Shown in pieces: positions 63,922-64,000 of a stretch of 64,000 nucleotides of DNA. The DNA lies in assembly GCA_000182565.2 (NCBI GenBank), contig KQ257465.1; one strand, given 5' to 3'. This DNA is from Spizellomyces punctatus DAOM BR117. Lineage: Eukaryota. A program made the translations under genes and the position numbers. How positions within the stretch are numbered: position 1 is the stretch's first letter; each line of letters starts with the position of its first letter. The notes under the pieces are model-generated. The model was given only the letters and a program-made list of their open reading frames with translations, was not told where the DNA came from and made no database searches.

Positions 63922-64000
63922 GCGTGGGAAAGTACTCCCTTTTCACTACAAAAGAAAGACACTACATCTACACTCATCATGTCTATATATAGTATAATTA

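Noticed and set aside
63465-63997. Phe/Leu-rich and Arg/Glu-rich ORFs, and the 5' extension of the zinc-finger ORF to 63684
   Set aside because: Translations of GA/CT microsatellite leader sequence with non-ATG or low-complexity starts

Overview
Gene-dense, intron-rich eukaryotic DNA with short GT-AG introns (~50-80 nt). The gene content points to an early-diverging fungus, most likely a chytrid (inference from GDP-fucose synthase, two PP2A B''-type subunits, LanCL, DUF4436 and GH16/LysM genes). I can model about 27 protein-coding genes by manual splicing, plus one tRNA-Leu(AAG). No CRISPR array, rRNA or intact transposon was seen. Most notable: (1) an 8-exon histone H2A variant with ~160 residues ahead of the histone fold and no SQ motif; (2) a DUF4436 membrane protein whose motif order resembles a pentameric ligand-gated (Pro-loop) ion channel subunit; (3) a TPR + glyoxalase-II-like MBL fusion between S-formylglutathione hydrolase and cysteine synthase; (4) two secreted low-complexity proteins (Tyr/Lys-rich and Asn/Gln-rich) with shared promoter motifs; (5) a GH16-LysM enzyme; (6) a SERTA-like protein; (7) a head-to-head GDP-fucose synthase / methyltransferase pair. 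All family assignments come from motif recognition by eye; no searches were run.
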